From contig OZ243927.1 of the NCBI GenBank assembly GCA_965213925.1, positions 416,001 to 480,000 of the forward strand: 64,000 nt of DNA, given 5' to 3'. Source of the stretch: Trueperaceae bacterium (GTDB lineage: Bacteria; Deinococcota; Deinococci; Deinococcales; Trueperaceae). Shown here piece after piece: positions 1 through 10,143 of the stretch. A program made the position numbers and the translations under genes. How positions within the stretch are numbered: position 1 is the stretch's first letter; every line of letters starts with the position of its first letter. Under the pieces are notes generated by a model. It had not been told where the DNA came from. It saw nothing but the letters and a program-made list of their open reading frames with translations, and searched no databases.

Positions 1-685
1 AGCGAACCCCCCGCTTGAGCGCTTCCCAATCCACTCCGTCGATGCGAAAGACCAGCGTGTCCGCCATGCGCTCGTCCAGACCGAGCGACGAAAAGCCGAG
101 CGAGTAGGGTGCGCCCGCTCGAGCGGCTAAGTCCGCCTCGGCGGTGGCGTCGATCACTTGAGGCGCGCCGAGCGTGTCGCCGTCAGCGGTGACGCCCGTG
201 ACGCGCCCCGCCGCCAGCACAGGCTCCACGTCGGCGTCGAGCCTCAAGGAGACACCCGCTTCGCCCAGCATCGCCACGAACGCGCTTTCCGCCTCTCGTA
301 CGTCGAACGACGCGCCCCGCCCCACGCGCGCCCACCAGTCCAGAAAGAGCCCCTGCTGATAGAGCGTGGGCTGCGTGCGCAGGTCGAGCGAGTTCATCTG
401 ACCCAACACGAAGAGCCCGCCCACCTTGGTGTCCTCAGTGACCAGCAGCGTGCGCGCGCCCTCTTGCGCAGCCGCCACCGCCGCCGTGACCCCTTCGGGC
501 TCGCTGCCGACGACGATCACGTCATAATCGGCACTTGCCGCGCCGTTCTCACCCTGCACGTCAGCCTCACTCTGGGCGTGTCCTAAAGCGAGGCTGGCGC
601 AAAGAAGGATAAGTAGAGAGAGGCGCGAGGCGCGAAGCGGACGAAGGCGGAGCCAGGCGTGGGGCTGGAACGAAGCGCGTAGCAT
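1..685 (-). CDS. Exported FAD-dependent oxidoreductase (partial, runs off window start)
   Basis: Manual minus-strand translation from ATG at 685: signal-like LSLLILLCASLALGHA, then Rossmann-like YDVIVVGSEPEGVTAAVAAAQEGARTLLV. Not in the ORF track because it is truncated. Confidence 0.7.
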   Translation of the reverse strand, partial: MLRASFQPHAWLRLRPLRASRLSLLILLCASLALGHAQSEADVQGENGAASADYDVIVVGSEPEGVTAAVAAAQEGARTLLVTEDTKVGGLFVLGQMNSLDLRTQPTLYQQGLFLDWWARVGRGASFDVREAESAFVAMLGEAGVSLRLDADVEPVLAAGRVTGVTADGDTLGAPQVIDATAEADLAARAGAPYSLGFSSLGLDERMADTLVFRIDGVDWEALKRGVR

Positions 686-901
686 CACCGTCAATCTACC
701 AAGCCGACCTTTCGGCGATATGTGAGGTTCTTCCCTGATGTTTCGACCTCTTTCGTGCGTTTAGGGCCGTCCCTTTAAGGGGATGTTTACCTGAGGCTCA
801 TAGCCTCCTCTTACGAGGGTGATAGCATACCGCATGAAAGAAACGTCAACGACCATCCTCTACACCCTCATTGACGAGACTGATGAAACTAAGGAGACCT
901 C

Positions 902-1993
902 ATGCGTTATCTAGCTCTACTACTCGCGCTGCTACTTTCCAGTTGCCTGCCCGAAACCGAAGAGGGGCTCAGCTTGCACGACGTGTCGCTCTACGGCGAC
1001 GCGAGCCCCGCGACGCTCTACGGCTACTTCTACGGTCAGCCCGTCCAAGTCAACGCGGGCGGGCGCACCCTGACCCTGAGCGAAGGGCGCGCGGACGACC
1101 CACTCGCGGTGCCGAACGCGCTCCTGGTCAACGGCGAGCCAACCCTGAGCCAGCGTATCGCGCCCTTGGACGGCGTTCCCCTAACGGTAGCGCGCACGCC
1201 CCTCTCCACCGACCTCGTCCTGCAGACGAACGAGGACGTAGGGACCGTCGCATACTACGACGGCGACCTGTGGTTCACGCTCGCCGAAGACGTCGAGGCG
1301 AACGAAACGCGCCGCGTCGTGCCGCGCGAACGTGTGAGCGGCTTGTTCGGCTTGGGCGAACTGACCAGAGAGGAAGCGAGAGCCTTCGAGCGGCTGCTCA
1401 CGGAGCGCGGTCCCGTCGTGGTCGCCACGCTCCCCGAGCGCAGAACGCAGCCGCGCAACGTCGGCGGGCTCAGCGAGTACCGCCGCACCGCGCTCGTGGT
1501 GCAAGAGGGACTGGAGACCGAGATGAGCAGCGCAGACGCGGAGGACACGGCAGCTTCAGAGACGCAAGGGGAAACCGGGCTCACCTGGGAAGAACTCGCT
1601 AAGGGCAGCCAAGCCAGCGGCGGCGAGAGCCCGCGCTTTTTCGTGGCGACCAGCCAAGCGGAGCTAGAAAACGTGTGGGGCTTAGCCTACGGCAACCTCC
1701 TCACCCCGCCCGACTTGCCCGAAGTCGATTTCAGCCGCGAGAGCGTCGCCGGAATGTTTCTAGGTCAGCAGCCCACAGGCGGTTACAGCGTGAGCGTGCA
1801 AGACGTGACCCTAGAAGACGGCGAAGTCTACTTGCAAGTGAACGTCACCGAGCCCGCCCAAGGCGCAATCACCACCCAAGCGCTTACGAATCCTTGGGTC
1901 ATGGTACGCGTCAGCCAACCCAACCTCAGCAACGCTTGGTTTAGAGAGGTGGGTTCGGGGGAGCTGCTTGGGGTGGCGAGAGCGGGGAAGTAG
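902..1993 (+). CDS. Lipoprotein with C-terminal PrcB-like domain
   Basis: RBS AAGGAG; lipobox LLSSC; C-terminal GQQPTGGYSV...TQALTNPW typical of the PrcB_C domain. Confidence 0.75.
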   Translation: MRYLALLLALLLSSCLPETEEGLSLHDVSLYGDASPATLYGYFYGQPVQVNAGGRTLTLSEGRADDPLAVPNALLVNGEPTLSQRIAPLDGVPLTVARTPLSTDLVLQTNEDVGTVAYYDGDLWFTLAEDVEANETRRVVPRERVSGLFGLGELTREEARAFERLLTERGPVVVATLPERRTQPRNVGGLSEYRRTALVVQEGLETEMSSADAEDTAASETQGETGLTWEELAKGSQASGGESPRFFVATSQAELENVWGLAYGNLLTPPDLPEVDFSRESVAGMFLGQQPTGGYSVSVQDVTLEDGEVYLQVNVTEPAQGAITTQALTNPWVMVRVSQPNLSNAWFREVGSGELLGVARAGK

Positions 1994-2002
1994 TAGCGTT
2001 TG

Positions 2003-2035
2003 CAAAAAAGGTTGAAACGTTTTCAACCTTTTTTG
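2003..2035. terminator. Bidirectional hairpin / likely intrinsic terminator
   Basis: CAAAAAAGGTTGAAA-CGT-TTTCAACCTTTTTTG, a 15-bp stem just after the stop at 1993. Confidence 0.6.
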
Positions 2036-2440
2036 AGCGGAAGAGCTTTCAGCCAGAGGTAGCATCTTTGAATCTACGCACGTAGATAATGGCATGATAC
2101 GCCCAGGCTAAAAGCTTCTTAGCGGTTACCAATCGACGCTGTGATACGGATTCCGATTGATTACTGCATAAACTCCGTTACGAATTGCCTTTCGCATTCG
2201 CGAAAACGCTGTAACCGGCAAACGCTTCGCGCTTCTACGGTGTCGGAGTTTTTTCCGGTTTCTGCGGAAGTACTGACGTGAAGCTCATCGGAATCCGTAT
2301 TTTTTCTCGCACCCGCTCGGGTTAAATACGAAATAAACATTTCGTATTTAACCCGAAATGGTATGAGATGTTGCAATAAATTCTGCAAACGCTGACAGAA
2401 ACTGACGGTGTACTGACGCCCTGACCTGCTGGAACGCGGC

Positions 2441-3274
2441 TTAAACCGCCACCGCGTCAGGCGCGAGCACGAAACGCCGAATCGCGGCGGCAACGACGCC
2501 GTCGTCGCAGTGCGGACCGACCCAAGTAGCGGCGGCTCTGACCCTTGCTGAGGCGTTAGCGGGCGCGACGCCGATGCCTAAAGGAAACATCGTCGCGTCC
2601 GCAGGTGAGTCGCCGAGCGCGAGCACGGGCGCGCCGTCTAACCCTAAGTAGTGCTGGACCCAGCGCGCCGCCTCGCCTTTGCTGGTGCGTTCAGAAATCA
2701 AGCTCATCGCCTCGCGCGGGTCGTACGAACTCGGCGCGTAGAACGAGGGGGCGAGCCCCAGCGCCGTCCAGTCGTGCGCGGCGTAGAAAGGGGCGACCTC
2801 TTCACCGAAGAGGCTGAGCGAGGCGATGTCGGTGAAGTCACCGAAGTGCGAGTGGTCATCGACGGGTCTATAGTAGCGCCGGTTATCGAAAGGGGAGCGG
2901 CTCGTGTCGAAAGCGGGGTGCAAGTAGGCGGTCGCGCCGCGCCGCACGGACCAGTGGTGCGTCGTCTCAGCGAAGAGGTGGAAGATGTCTCTCGCCGTCG
3001 CGCGCTCGATGCTTTCGGTGTGGAGCACGCGCCCGTCCGGGTCTTGTACCAAGGTGCCGTTAGAGACGATGAGCGGCGTATCCAAGCCTAGCGCCTCATG
3101 AATGGGCAGCGCCCCGATGTAGCTCCTGGCGGTGGCGAGCACGACCGTCGCGCCTCTCTCCTGGGCTTCCGCTAGCGCCGCGACGTTCTCGGGCAGAAGC
3201 TGCCCTGCGTCATTCAGGAGCGTGTGGTCGATGTCGGAGATGATGAGGTAAGGGGCAAACGCAAAGTGGGACAT
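2441..3274 (-). CDS. Cof-type HAD-IIB hydrolase
   Basis: DIDHTL motif I, LATAR, SNG, SKG and GDSPAD motifs. Confidence 0.85.
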   Translation of the reverse strand: MSHFAFAPYLIISDIDHTLLNDAGQLLPENVAALAEAQERGATVVLATARSYIGALPIHEALGLDTPLIVSNGTLVQDPDGRVLHTESIERATARDIFHLFAETTHHWSVRRGATAYLHPAFDTSRSPFDNRRYYRPVDDHSHFGDFTDIASLSLFGEEVAPFYAAHDWTALGLAPSFYAPSSYDPREAMSLISERTSKGEAARWVQHYLGLDGAPVLALGDSPADATMFPLGIGVAPANASARVRAAATWVGPHCDDGVVAAAIRRFVLAPDAVAV

Positions 3275-3293
3275 AGGAAAACCTTTTTTTGGA

Positions 3294-3989
3294 TTAGGAG
3301 GCGCGCGCTAACCCCTCTAAGAGTGAGCGAAAGAGCGGCAGGCCGTCCTCGGAGCCTAAGAGCGCGTTGGCGGCGCGTTCGGGGTGGGGCATCATGCCTA
3401 AGACGTTGCCGCGCCCGTTCACGATACCGGCGATGTTGTTAAGGCTCCCGTTCGGGCTCGCCGCTTCGTCTATCTCTCCGCTGGGGGTGCAGTACCGAAA
3501 GACGACGCGGTTTTGCCCCTCGAGTTCCTCGAGTGTGCGCATATCCGCATAGTATCGCCCCTCATTATGTGCCACGGGTACGTTCAGCACTTGAGAATCT
3601 TCATACTTCCCTGTGAAGAGCGTGTCGGTGCGTTCAACGCGCAAAAGGACGCTTTTGCAGACGAAGTGCAGCGCAGGGTTGCGCGTCAGCGCGCCGGGCA
3701 AAAGCCTCGCCTCGGTCAAAATCTGAAAGCCGTTGCAGATGCCCAAAACTGGACCGCCGCGCGCCGCAAATGCCCTCACCGCATCCATGATCGGGCTCTT
3801 CGCCGCCACCGCTCCGCTCCTCAAGTAGTCGCCGTACGAGAAGCCGCCGGGGATAACCACAGCGTCCGTGTTCTCCAAACGGTCTTCTAAATGCCAAACC
3901 ATGCGCACGTCTGCGCCTAGTCGCGCCAAAGCGTAGCGCGTGTCGTCGTCGCAGTTCGAGCCGGGAAAGCGGATGACGGAGAGGTTCAT
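3294..3989 (-). CDS. purQ: Phosphoribosylformylglycinamidine synthase glutaminase subunit
   Basis: FPGSNCD, PGGFSYGDYLRSG, GICNGFQIL and MMPHPER motifs. Confidence 0.95.
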   Translation of the reverse strand: MNLSVIRFPGSNCDDDTRYALARLGADVRMVWHLEDRLENTDAVVIPGGFSYGDYLRSGAVAAKSPIMDAVRAFAARGGPVLGICNGFQILTEARLLPGALTRNPALHFVCKSVLLRVERTDTLFTGKYEDSQVLNVPVAHNEGRYYADMRTLEELEGQNRVVFRYCTPSGEIDEAASPNGSLNNIAGIVNGRGNVLGMMPHPERAANALLGSEDGLPLFRSLLEGLARAS

Positions 3990-4622
3990 AGCGTTACTTT
4001 AGCAGGTATACCCGCTGACGCCGGGCTTACGTAGTTTTGACCTTTCGCGTTTGCGAAAACTTCGTAACCGTCAAACAGGTCATCTAGTCAGAAACACTCT
4101 CACTGAAAAGAACATCGCCTAGCACGCACGTTCAGGGATGAAGTTCCATTAGCTCTGCGAGCTGAAATCTGCGGAGAAGTGTTGCTTCGCCCAGCGGGAG
4201 CGCGCCACGCGACTTGGCTTCGCCCAAGCAACGATAAGTGGAACTGTTACTTATAACGTCTGCGACCTCGCTTTGTACAGTTCGCGCGGCGTTCGTCTAA
4301 GCGCTAGGTCGAGGCGAGACGCCCGGACCTGTCTACTGAGCTAAGATCACGTTCCTTAGGTTAGCGTCCGACCTGGGCGCATAAAATGCACGTGTTGCCT
4401 AAACGTCTCTCCCCAGTAGGATAAAGGGTACGATAGGCAACTATGATGCGCACGAACGGCTGCAACCGTTGCGCTGACCTAATTTTTATGCATGAGTTAG
4501 TCACTCGGTGCGCACGTCTGCTCTAACATCACGGTGCAAGGCGCAATAGCACCTTAGCGCTGTCTTTGGAGTGTGGCGCGTATGTTAGAGTGACGCACTT
4601 GTAGTGTGGGGCAGGATGTGAG

Positions 4623-5927
4623 TTGGAGGGTCCTTTGTCAGACGCTGTGGATAACATACTGAATACGAGTGCGAAGCGCTCGGCGCGCAGCAGTGTTTTA
4701 GAGCCGCGCGCGGCGCAAGCCGAGGCGAAACCGCAGACCGCCGATATTTTCAGCAAAGCGTATAACTTTACCCGCGCTGACGAGGCCGCCGAGATGGGGA
4801 TGCACCCCTACTTCAAGGCGATCGCGTCGCAGCGTGGTGGCATGGTCGTCGTGAACGGGCGCGAGATGGTCATCACCGGCTCAAACGACTACCTGGGGCT
4901 AACGCAAGACGCGCGGCTTAAAGAGGCGGCGAAAGAGGCGCTCGGCGACTTCGGCACGAGCTGTACGGGCTCACGCTTTCTCACCGGCACCCTGACGCTG
5001 CACGAGGAGTTAGAGCGCCAGCTCGCCGACTTCTTCAAGGTGGACGCCGCCCTGACTTTTAGCGCCGGCTATTTGGGCTCGCTCGCCGTGCTGAGCGCAG
5101 TGACCGGTCGCCAAGACATCCTCTACTTCGACCGCGAAAACCACGCCTGCTTGTACGACGGGGCGCGGCTCTCCTTCGGCACGCTGCGCAAATACGAGCA
5201 CAACAACTTAGAAGACTTAGAGCGCCTCCTCAAGAAAGACGCCGACAAACCGGGCGGCCGCATGATCGTCACCGACGGCGTCTTCTCGATGAGCGGTCAC
5301 ATCGCCGACTTGCCGGGTCTCGTCAAGCTAGCCAAAAAGTACGGGGCGCGCATCGTCGTGGACGACGCCCACGCGACGGGCGTGCTGGGCGCGAACGGGC
5401 GCGGCACGGCGGAGCACTTCGGCTTGGAAGACGAAGTCGACCTCATCATCGGCACGTTCTCGAAGTCGTTCGCCTCGGTAGGCGGCTTCATGACAGGACC
5501 GCGCGAGGTCGTCAACTGGGTCAAGCACAAGGCGCGCCCCTTTATCTTCACGGCGGCGCTGCCCGCCATGCAGATGGCCGCGGCGCTGCAAGCGCTACAC
5601 ATCATGCGCGACGAGCCGCAGCACCGCGACAAACTCTGGCATAATGTCGAGCGTTTGCGGCGCGGCATGGACACGCTCGGCTTCGACACGATGGGCTCGC
5701 AGACGCCCATCGTGCCCGTTCTCATCGGCGAAGATGACCTGACGATGATGTTCTGGAAAGGGCTGTGGGAAGAGGGCGTCTACACGACGCCCGCACTCCC
5801 GCCCGGCGTCCCCGCCGGGCAGAGCATCATCCGCACCTCGGTCAACGCGAACCACACCGAGGAACAGCTGGACAAGCTTTTAGAGGCGTTCTCAGTTGTT
5901 GGCAAACGCTTAGGCGTCATCGTTTAG
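4623..5927 (+). CDS. PLP-dependent alpha-oxoamine synthase, serine palmitoyltransferase-like
   Basis: GSNDYLGL, GSRFLTG, NHAC, DGVFSM, DDAH and GTFSKS (PLP lysine). Start position uncertain. Confidence 0.8.
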   Translation: MEGPLSDAVDNILNTSAKRSARSSVLEPRAAQAEAKPQTADIFSKAYNFTRADEAAEMGMHPYFKAIASQRGGMVVVNGREMVITGSNDYLGLTQDARLKEAAKEALGDFGTSCTGSRFLTGTLTLHEELERQLADFFKVDAALTFSAGYLGSLAVLSAVTGRQDILYFDRENHACLYDGARLSFGTLRKYEHNNLEDLERLLKKDADKPGGRMIVTDGVFSMSGHIADLPGLVKLAKKYGARIVVDDAHATGVLGANGRGTAEHFGLEDEVDLIIGTFSKSFASVGGFMTGPREVVNWVKHKARPFIFTAALPAMQMAAALQALHIMRDEPQHRDKLWHNVERLRRGMDTLGFDTMGSQTPIVPVLIGEDDLTMMFWKGLWEEGVYTTPALPPGVPAGQSIIRTSVNANHTEEQLDKLLEAFSVVGKRLGVIV

Positions 5928-6115
5928 TACTCTGTCAACTAAATTCTGCGATACTGTTGTCACCCTGAGCCGAAGGCGTGAGGGTCTCGTTTTTCAATCT
6001 CTGCGAGAGGAGTCAGCAAGGTCAGAGATTCTTTCACTCCACTTCGTTGCAGCGGCTACGCCCAACTTCGTGAACAGAATGACATAACTCATTTTTCACT
6101 TAACGCTGTATTTAG
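5924..6115 (+). mobile_element. MITE/REP-like interspersed repeat family A, copy 1
   Basis: Shares TGTCACCCTGAGCCGAAGGCG...GAGGAGTCAGCAAGG.CAGAGATTC...CAGAATGACAT with copies at about 26.8, 49.1 and 50.1 kb; imperfect terminal inverted repeats bounded by TTAG. Confidence 0.7.
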
Positions 6116-6229
6116 ATCGATCTTGACATAAAATACAAACGTGCAGGGAGGAAGCTCGAGCCTCCTCCCTATTTTCGCGCCTAGCACAGCGTGTAACGCG
6201 CCCGACCTCATGCGGTATGCTACGCCAAC

Positions 6230-7336
6230 ATGACCCACATCGTTCACGTTAGCTCGAGGCGCGATCTGCGCCGCTTCATCGACTATCCCTATCAAAAATA
6301 TAAAGACGACCCCCACTGGGTTCCCCCGCTGCGCATGAGCGAGGCGGAGAGGCTCAACCCTAAAAAGAACCCCTTCTTCGAGCACGCCCACATCGACCTC
6401 TTTCTAGCGGAGCGTGGCGGCGAAGTCGTCGGGCGCATCGCGGCGATTGACGACGACTTGCATAACCAAACGCACGGCGATAACGTGGCGTTTTTCGGCT
6501 TTTTCGAGGCGGCGGACGAAGCGGTCGCGCGTGCCCTCTTAGAACGGGTTGAAACTTGGGCGCAGGAGCGCGGCAGGGCGGCGCTGCGCGGCCCGATGAA
6601 CCCCTCCATGAACGAGACGTTCGGCTTGCAAGTCGATGCGTTCGATCAGCCGCCCTACACTATGATGCCCTATAATCCGCCCGAATACCTGGCGTATTTA
6701 GAAGGCGCAGGCTACACAAAGGTGAAAGACGTCTATGCGTGGCTTTTCGAGAGCGGCAAGGGGATGGGCGAGCGCTTGGCGCGTCTCGCGGCGCGCGTCG
6801 AAAAGCGCTACCAGCCCGACATCCGCTCCCTCGACATGAAGCGTTTGGACGACGAGGTCACGCTGCTTAAAGACCTCTATGACCGCACCTGGGAGCAGAA
6901 TTGGGGCTTCGTCAAGTACACCGACGCCGAGATTCGCCACCTCATCAGCGAACTCAAACCCATCGCCGACCCCAATCTCATCCTCTTTATCTACGTGGGG
7001 GGCGAGGTCGCGGGCATGACGATTTCGCTGCCGAACGTCAACCAGGTCTTTGCGCGGATGAACGGGCGACTCTTTCCCTTCGGGTTTATCCAGCTCTTGC
7101 GGCGCAAACAGATCATCGACCAGGCGCGGGTCTGGGCGCTCGGGCTGGTGCCGGAGTACCGCTATAAGGGACTCGAGCTGGTCCTCATCAACGAACTTTA
7201 CCAGCGCAACCACCAGACGTACAGGAACACCGAACTTTCTTGGGTTTTAGAGGACAACGACGCGATGAACCGGGGCATCGAAGCGGCGGGCGCGACGCGC
7301 TCGAAGACGTACCGGCTCCTCCAAAAAAGCCTCTGA
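6230..7336 (+). CDS. GNAT-fold N-acyltransferase (bacterial ceramide synthase/YghO-like)
   Basis: N-terminal DPHWVPPL, GRIAA, FFGFFE, PYNPPEY and ELSWVLEDN motifs of this family; lies next to the SPT-like gene. Confidence 0.7.
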   Translation: MTHIVHVSSRRDLRRFIDYPYQKYKDDPHWVPPLRMSEAERLNPKKNPFFEHAHIDLFLAERGGEVVGRIAAIDDDLHNQTHGDNVAFFGFFEAADEAVARALLERVETWAQERGRAALRGPMNPSMNETFGLQVDAFDQPPYTMMPYNPPEYLAYLEGAGYTKVKDVYAWLFESGKGMGERLARLAARVEKRYQPDIRSLDMKRLDDEVTLLKDLYDRTWEQNWGFVKYTDAEIRHLISELKPIADPNLILFIYVGGEVAGMTISLPNVNQVFARMNGRLFPFGFIQLLRRKQIIDQARVWALGLVPEYRYKGLELVLINELYQRNHQTYRNTELSWVLEDNDAMNRGIEAAGATRSKTYRLLQKSL

Positions 7337-8049
7337 TGGGGAGCTTGCGGCTTCTCTTCGCCGACCTCGCCGCGCTTTTTAGGAGCAAGCTCGCGCTCTA
7401 CTTGTTGATGGCGGCGCTTTTGCAGATCGCTTACTGGTACCTCGGCAGCCCCGGTCCGCAGCTCCTCAGAGATACGCCGCGCGTCCTGAGCGCCGCGCTT
7501 TTCAACATCAGCACGGCGCTCGTCTTTTTGCTCCTGTTACCCGCCGGGCTGATGCTCGCTCTGGGCGACTCGCTCAGGAGCGTCGGTTGGGGGCTCGGCG
7601 ACTGGCGCTTCGGCGTGAGCGTGACGCTCACCGCGTCGCTCGTTGCGGTCGTCGTGATGGCGCTCGGCAGCGCCGACCCGTCGCTGCAACTGACCTACCC
7701 CTGGGCGGGCGAGTGGGTCGGCGCGTCGCCTCTCAACCTCCTCCTCTGGGTATTTCTTTACGGGCTCTACTACGTGTCGTTCGAGTTCTTCTACCGGGGC
7801 TTCATGCTCCGCGTGGTCGAGCCCGCGTGGGGGCTCTCCGCCGCCATCTGGACGCAGGCGCTCGCCTCCACACTCCTTCACCTAGGTAAACCGCCCGCCG
7901 AGACCTTCGCCGCACTACCCGCCGGACTGCTCTTCGCCGTTTTAGCCGTGAGAGGTCGCTCGCTCCTCTACCCTGTCGTCCTCCACCTCGTCATCGGGCT
8001 CAGCACCGACGTGTTCATCCTCGCCCGGCAGGGGGTGCTCTTTCCGTGA
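7336..8049 (+). CDS. CPBP (CAAX/Abi) family intramembrane metalloprotease-like protein
   Basis: TGATG overlap with the upstream stop; EFFYRG, LLHLGKP and HLVI motifs; multiple TM segments. Confidence 0.8.
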   Translation: MGSLRLLFADLAALFRSKLALYLLMAALLQIAYWYLGSPGPQLLRDTPRVLSAALFNISTALVFLLLLPAGLMLALGDSLRSVGWGLGDWRFGVSVTLTASLVAVVVMALGSADPSLQLTYPWAGEWVGASPLNLLLWVFLYGLYYVSFEFFYRGFMLRVVEPAWGLSAAIWTQALASTLLHLGKPPAETFAALPAGLLFAVLAVRGRSLLYPVVLHLVIGLSTDVFILARQGVLFP

Positions 8050-9017
8050 GGGCGCTCGTCACGGGGGCGCACGGGTTTATCGGCAGCCATCTCACCGAGC
8101 GGCTGCTGCGGGAGGGCTGGACTGTACGCGCACTAGTGAGCCCGTGGGGAAGGCTGGACAACTTAGCGGCAGTAGTAGCACATCCTCAGCTCCAGGTGAC
8201 CAGGGCCGACCTCACCCAACGCGACACGCTCGAAGCGGTCTGCAAAGAGGTCGAGGTCGTGTTCCACGCCGCCGCCAGAGTCGCGGATTGGGGCGCGTGG
8301 GAGGGGTTTTACGGGACGAACGTTTTAGGAACAGCGCACCTAATGAGGGAGGCGGAACGCGCCGGGGTCAGGCGGGTGGTGTTGGTCTCGAGCGTCGCCG
8401 TCCACCCCTACACCGGCTTTCGCGACGCGGACACGCGCGCCTTGCCGAGAGACGGACGCATAAACGCCTACGCCCGCTCAAAAGTTTTAGCGGAAGACGC
8501 CGTTATGAAGGCGGCTTTAGAAACGGTCATCGTGCGCCCCGGACTCATGCCTTTTGGGACGAGAGACCCAAATTTTTTGAGGGTCGTTCGGGAGGTCAAG
8601 CGCGGTACACTACCGCTCGTAGACGGCGGAACGTCGGTTTTCAATACCGCGTATATCGAGAATCTGGTGCAAGGACTTTTTCTAGCGGGAACCATTTCCG
8701 AAGCCGCCGGGCGAGCCTACCTCATCGCGGACGAAGGAGCCCCGAGTTGGCGCGCGCTGTTCGCTGAACTAGCCGACCTCTTGAATGCGCCCAAGCCGCG
8801 CCTCAACTTGCCGGGGAGCGTAGTCGAGCCTCTTTCTAGCGCGGTCGAAAGGCTCTACGCGAAGATAGCGCCACAAACGGAGCCGCCGCTCACGCGCTAC
8901 CGGGCGCGGCTCATGCGGCAAGATATTCATTTTTCTATCGGGGACGCGAAGCGAGAACTCGGGTACAGCCCAAAAGTGTCGTGGCAAGAAGGTCTAAGGC
9001 GGACGCTCGGCGTTTAG
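8046..9017 (+). CDS. NAD-dependent epimerase/dehydratase (extended SDR, 3-beta-HSD-like)
   Basis: TGAHGFIG Rossmann motif, VSS, catalytic YARSK; GTGA overlap with the upstream gene. Confidence 0.85.
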   Translation: MRALVTGAHGFIGSHLTERLLREGWTVRALVSPWGRLDNLAAVVAHPQLQVTRADLTQRDTLEAVCKEVEVVFHAAARVADWGAWEGFYGTNVLGTAHLMREAERAGVRRVVLVSSVAVHPYTGFRDADTRALPRDGRINAYARSKVLAEDAVMKAALETVIVRPGLMPFGTRDPNFLRVVREVKRGTLPLVDGGTSVFNTAYIENLVQGLFLAGTISEAAGRAYLIADEGAPSWRALFAELADLLNAPKPRLNLPGSVVEPLSSAVERLYAKIAPQTEPPLTRYRARLMRQDIHFSIGDAKRELGYSPKVSWQEGLRRTLGV

Positions 9018-9087
9018 GGACCGCGCGCCTTCTTGCCACCGCCGCGCCAACTCGAGCCCGAGCTTCCTTCGGCGATTCCCCTGAAGC

Positions 9088-10143
9088 TTAATGAACGATA
9101 AGAGGCTCTTCCCCCTGCTCCGTCACCTCTCCAATCACCGCGGCTTTTGGGAAGTTCGGACGGATAGTCTCTAAGACCTCATCCACCTTCTCGCGGTCTA
9201 CGCTCAGCAGTAACCCGCCGCTCGTCTGCGGGTCCACGAGCGTCCACCACTGCGTCTGGGTTAGAGCGCCGCGTCCTCGCACGTGAGGTTCGACATATGC
9301 TGTGTTGCTCTTGTGTGCTTTGGTAAGGATGTTTTTCCCTAACGTTTCTTCGGCGTGTTCTAAAAGAGGTACCGCGTCCGCGTCTATGTTGAGGGTGAGG
9401 CTCGAGCCCTGTGCGATATGTAAAGCGTGACCGAGCACGCCGAAGCCCGTCACGTCGGTAGCGGCGTGAACCGCGGCGTGCAAGTCGTCCGAGAGGTTCA
9501 ACTTATTAAGTGCTTTCATAGACGTAATCGCCTCGCCGATTTGCTCATAAGAAAGCTCATCGTTTTTCAGTGCGCCCGTAAGCGTGCCCGTGCCGACAGC
9601 TTTGGTAAGAATGAGTGCGTCACCCACCTGAGCACGGCGGTTCGCCCAGAGCTTCGCGGGTTGCGTCAAACCTGTGACGCTAAAGCCGAGTTTCAAAGTA
9701 TCATCGTCAATAGAGTGTCCGCCGACCAACAGCGCACCCGACTCGTTGATCTTTTCGGTCGCACCTGCCATCAGCTCGCGCAAGACCTCTTGCGGCAATA
9801 CGTCTAAAGGATACGCCAAAATGGTCAGCGCCGTCGTCGGCGTCGCGCCCATTGCGAACACGTCACTGAGTGCATTCGCCGCCGCCACCGCGCCGAAGTC
9901 ATAAGGGTCGTCTAAAATCGGCGTGAAGAAGTCCAGCGTTTGCACCATCACCTGGTTGTGATTGACCTGCCAGACAGCAGCGTCGTCTAAAAAGTCCGTA
10001 CCGACAAGCAGACTCGGGTGCTCCTGCCGCGGGAGCGACTTGAGCAAATTCGAGAGCGTTCCCGCTGCAATCTTAGCAGCGCAGCCTCCCTTTTTGACAG
10101 TCTGTGTAAGCCTTATCGGTTGGTCAGTGACTGGATTATCCAC
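9088..10143 (-). CDS. selD: Selenide, water dikinase (Cys form)
   Basis: GGCAAK, DFFTP, AAANALSD, GGHSI, TDVTGFG and DPQTSGGLL motifs. Confidence 0.93.
   Translation of the reverse strand: MDNPVTDQPIRLTQTVKKGGCAAKIAAGTLSNLLKSLPRQEHPSLLVGTDFLDDAAVWQVNHNQVMVQTLDFFTPILDDPYDFGAVAAANALSDVFAMGATPTTALTILAYPLDVLPQEVLRELMAGATEKINESGALLVGGHSIDDDTLKLGFSVTGLTQPAKLWANRRAQVGDALILTKAVGTGTLTGALKNDELSYEQIGEAITSMKALNKLNLSDDLHAAVHAATDVTGFGVLGHALHIAQGSSLTLNIDADAVPLLEHAEETLGKNILTKAHKSNTAYVEPHVRGRGALTQTQWWTLVDPQTSGGLLLSVDREKVDEVLETIRPNFPKAAVIGEVTEQGEEPLIVH

Noticed and set aside
158..586. Plus-strand 142-aa ORF and other long overlapping antisense ORFs
   Set aside because: Shadow ORFs of high-GC genes; the real gene here is the minus-strand FAD oxidoreductase.
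9088..10143. Selenocysteine-containing SelD
   Set aside because: The active-site codon is Cys (GGCAAK) and there is no in-frame TGA.
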